From Candidatus Obscuribacteraceae bacterium (GTDB lineage: Bacteria > Cyanobacteriota > Vampirovibrionia > Obscuribacterales > Obscuribacteraceae): a stretch of 64,000 bases of DNA. A program made the position numbers and the translations under genes. Position 1 is the stretch's first letter. Each line of letters opens with the position of its first letter. Under the pieces are notes generated by a model. The model was not told the origin of the DNA and did not search any database. It saw nothing but the letters and a program-made list of their open reading frames with translations. Of this stretch, positions 62,696 through 64,000 are shown piece by piece. The stretch covers positions 192,001 to 256,000 of the forward strand of contig JBGASG010000004.1 in the NCBI GenBank assembly GCA_044229845.1, written 5' to 3'.

Positions 62696-64000
62696 TCAGT
62701 GTGGTGGCATCGGAATCCATACAGGCGGTGCGCCGGGGAACTTCATTTTCGTCTCTATGGCCGCATCGTCTGCGTCGTGTGGTTTGAGATAGACGTAATA
62801 GCTGTCATTTCGTTCGATGAGGTCGCTTTTTGGCTGGGCGCTGGGACTGATGAGCATTTCATTGGTGAAACGCACATGCATGTAATAGGGAAGCAGCTGC
62901 TCAAAGTTTTTCACATCGGGCTCGAGCGTATAACGGAAGAGCTTCTCGCCCGTGATCTTCTGAACTTTTTGTGCGCCGGCATCTAGAGGCTTCAGGGGTA
63001 CTTCCTGCCAGCTGGTGCCTACTTGTACGAAGCCTCTGACAGTAGGTCCCATGACATAAACCGGTTTGTCATCACTAGTGGTGTTGCGCAAGAGGACAGT
63101 TAACGTGTATTTGTTGCCTTCGTCCATCGTCAAGTCTTTGACGTCGGCAGAGATTCCGGCGTTGGCCAGATCCTCCAGAGCTCTTTGTTCGGCCGCTTTC
63201 GAATCGACGAGCGATTGTTGATAAGCGGCGACGCCCCAGTGCACACTCCATACCACCGCGAAAATCGGAATCGCCAGCAGGATGAAGCGCCCGATCAGCC
63301 GTTCGATGCCAGCTCCCAGGCTAACTCGCTCGCCGGTGGTGCCGTCAGGAGAGTTTTCGAAGATGCGGCGAATCTTCGCTGCTGCCTCAGGTGATGCGGT
63401 GCGCTCAACTTCATCACCTGCCCCGGCTGCGGTTTGAGACGTGTCCACCGACACGGCGCGCCCACCTTGCATTCGCACAACTGTGTCAGCTCGCGCCGCT
63501 ATGTCCGGATTGTGCGTTACGACAACCAGTGTCAGACCATACGACTTGTGAATACCGATCAAGAGATTGAGGATGTCGCTTTCCGTTTCTTCATCGAGAT
63601 CCGCAGTCGGTTCGTCAGCAAGCAGAATGTCTGGTGAGTTGATCAATGCGCGGGCGATCGCCACACGCCGCTGCTCACCGCCGGACAATTGACCGGGATA
63701 GAATTGTGCGCGCTCGGCCAGCCCGACTTGTTCAAGCAGTCCGCGCGCTCTCGCATACGCTTCCGATTCGCTCAGCGCCCCGCTGATCAGCCCCGGCAAG
63801 GCGACGTTATCAATCGCCCGCAGCGTCGGAAGCAGACTGGCAAACTGAAATACAAATCCGATTTTGCGATTTCTAAGATCAGCGAGGTCTCTATTGTCCA
63901 GCGACCATTGATCGACACCCGCCACCTTAACCACTCCGGATGACGGTCGGCTGATGCCGCCCAGCATCCCCAGGAGAGTAGACTTGCCGGAACCTGAGCG
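62696..64000 (-). CDS. LolD/MacB-type ABC ATPase fused to a TM helix and an extracytoplasmic domain (5' end outside window)
   Basis: SGSGKST at window edge, GFVFQ, LSGGEQRRV, LLADEPT, VTH, then TM and about 170-aa beta-rich domain. Confidence 0.88.
   Translation of the reverse strand, partial: RSGSGKSTLLGMLGGISRPSSGVVKVAGVDQWSLDNRDLADLRNRKIGFVFQFASLLPTLRAIDNVALPGLISGALSESEAYARARGLLEQVGLAERAQFYPGQLSGGEQRRVAIARALINSPDILLADEPTADLDEETESDILNLLIGIHKSYGLTLVVVTHNPDIAARADTVVRMQGGRAVSVDTSQTAAGAGDEVERTASPEAAAKIRRIFENSPDGTTGERVSLGAGIERLIGRFILLAIPIFAVVWSVHWGVAAYQQSLVDSKAAEQRALEDLANAGISADVKDLTMDEGNKYTLTVLLRNTTSDDKPVYVMGPTVRGFVQVGTSWQEVPLKPLDAGAQKVQKITGEKLFRYTLEPDVKNFEQLLPYYMHVRFTNEMLISPSAQPKSDLIERNDSYYVYLKPHDADDAAIETKMKFPGAPPVWIPMPPH

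Overview
A gene-dense, GC-rich bacterial chromosomal window, mostly housekeeping and metabolic genes (atpD/atpC, ftsH, tilS, hom-thrC-thrB-lysC, glyQ, comEC, dcd, hutI, xseAB, rplI, rlmD, sbcD, tRNA-Glu) interspersed with lineage-specific secreted or membrane proteins. Several features are cyanobacteria-like: a stand-alone beta/epsilon ATP synthase operon, a tRNA-Glu with an A53-U61 pair, a Ycf52-like GNAT, and glyQ and sbcD unlinked from their usual partners. No photosynthesis genes are present. Together this suggests, by inference only, a non-photosynthetic cyanobacterial relative (Vampirovibrionia/Melainabacteria, possibly Obscuribacterales). I found no CRISPR array, rRNA, prophage or intact IS. 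Most notable: (1) a divergent ClpP with an acidic N-tail and a basic C-tail inserted between atpD and atpC; (2) a REC-PAS-HK-REC-LRV hybrid kinase with an internal RBS; (3) dispersed Tad/Flp parts, including a CpaF N-domain-only gene; (4) several apparent pseudoenzymes (CHAP-like Cys>Ser/His>Asp, Fe-S PD-(D/E)XK with Lys>His, degenerate Ser/Thr kinase); (5) a 1009-aa repeat and hydrophobic effector-like protein; (6) a recurring 16-bp palindrome upstream of orphan genes; (7) an internal beta-subunit start in lysC; (8) an in-frame deletion in a bacterioferritin-like gene. All family calls come from motifs recognised by eye; no database search was run.
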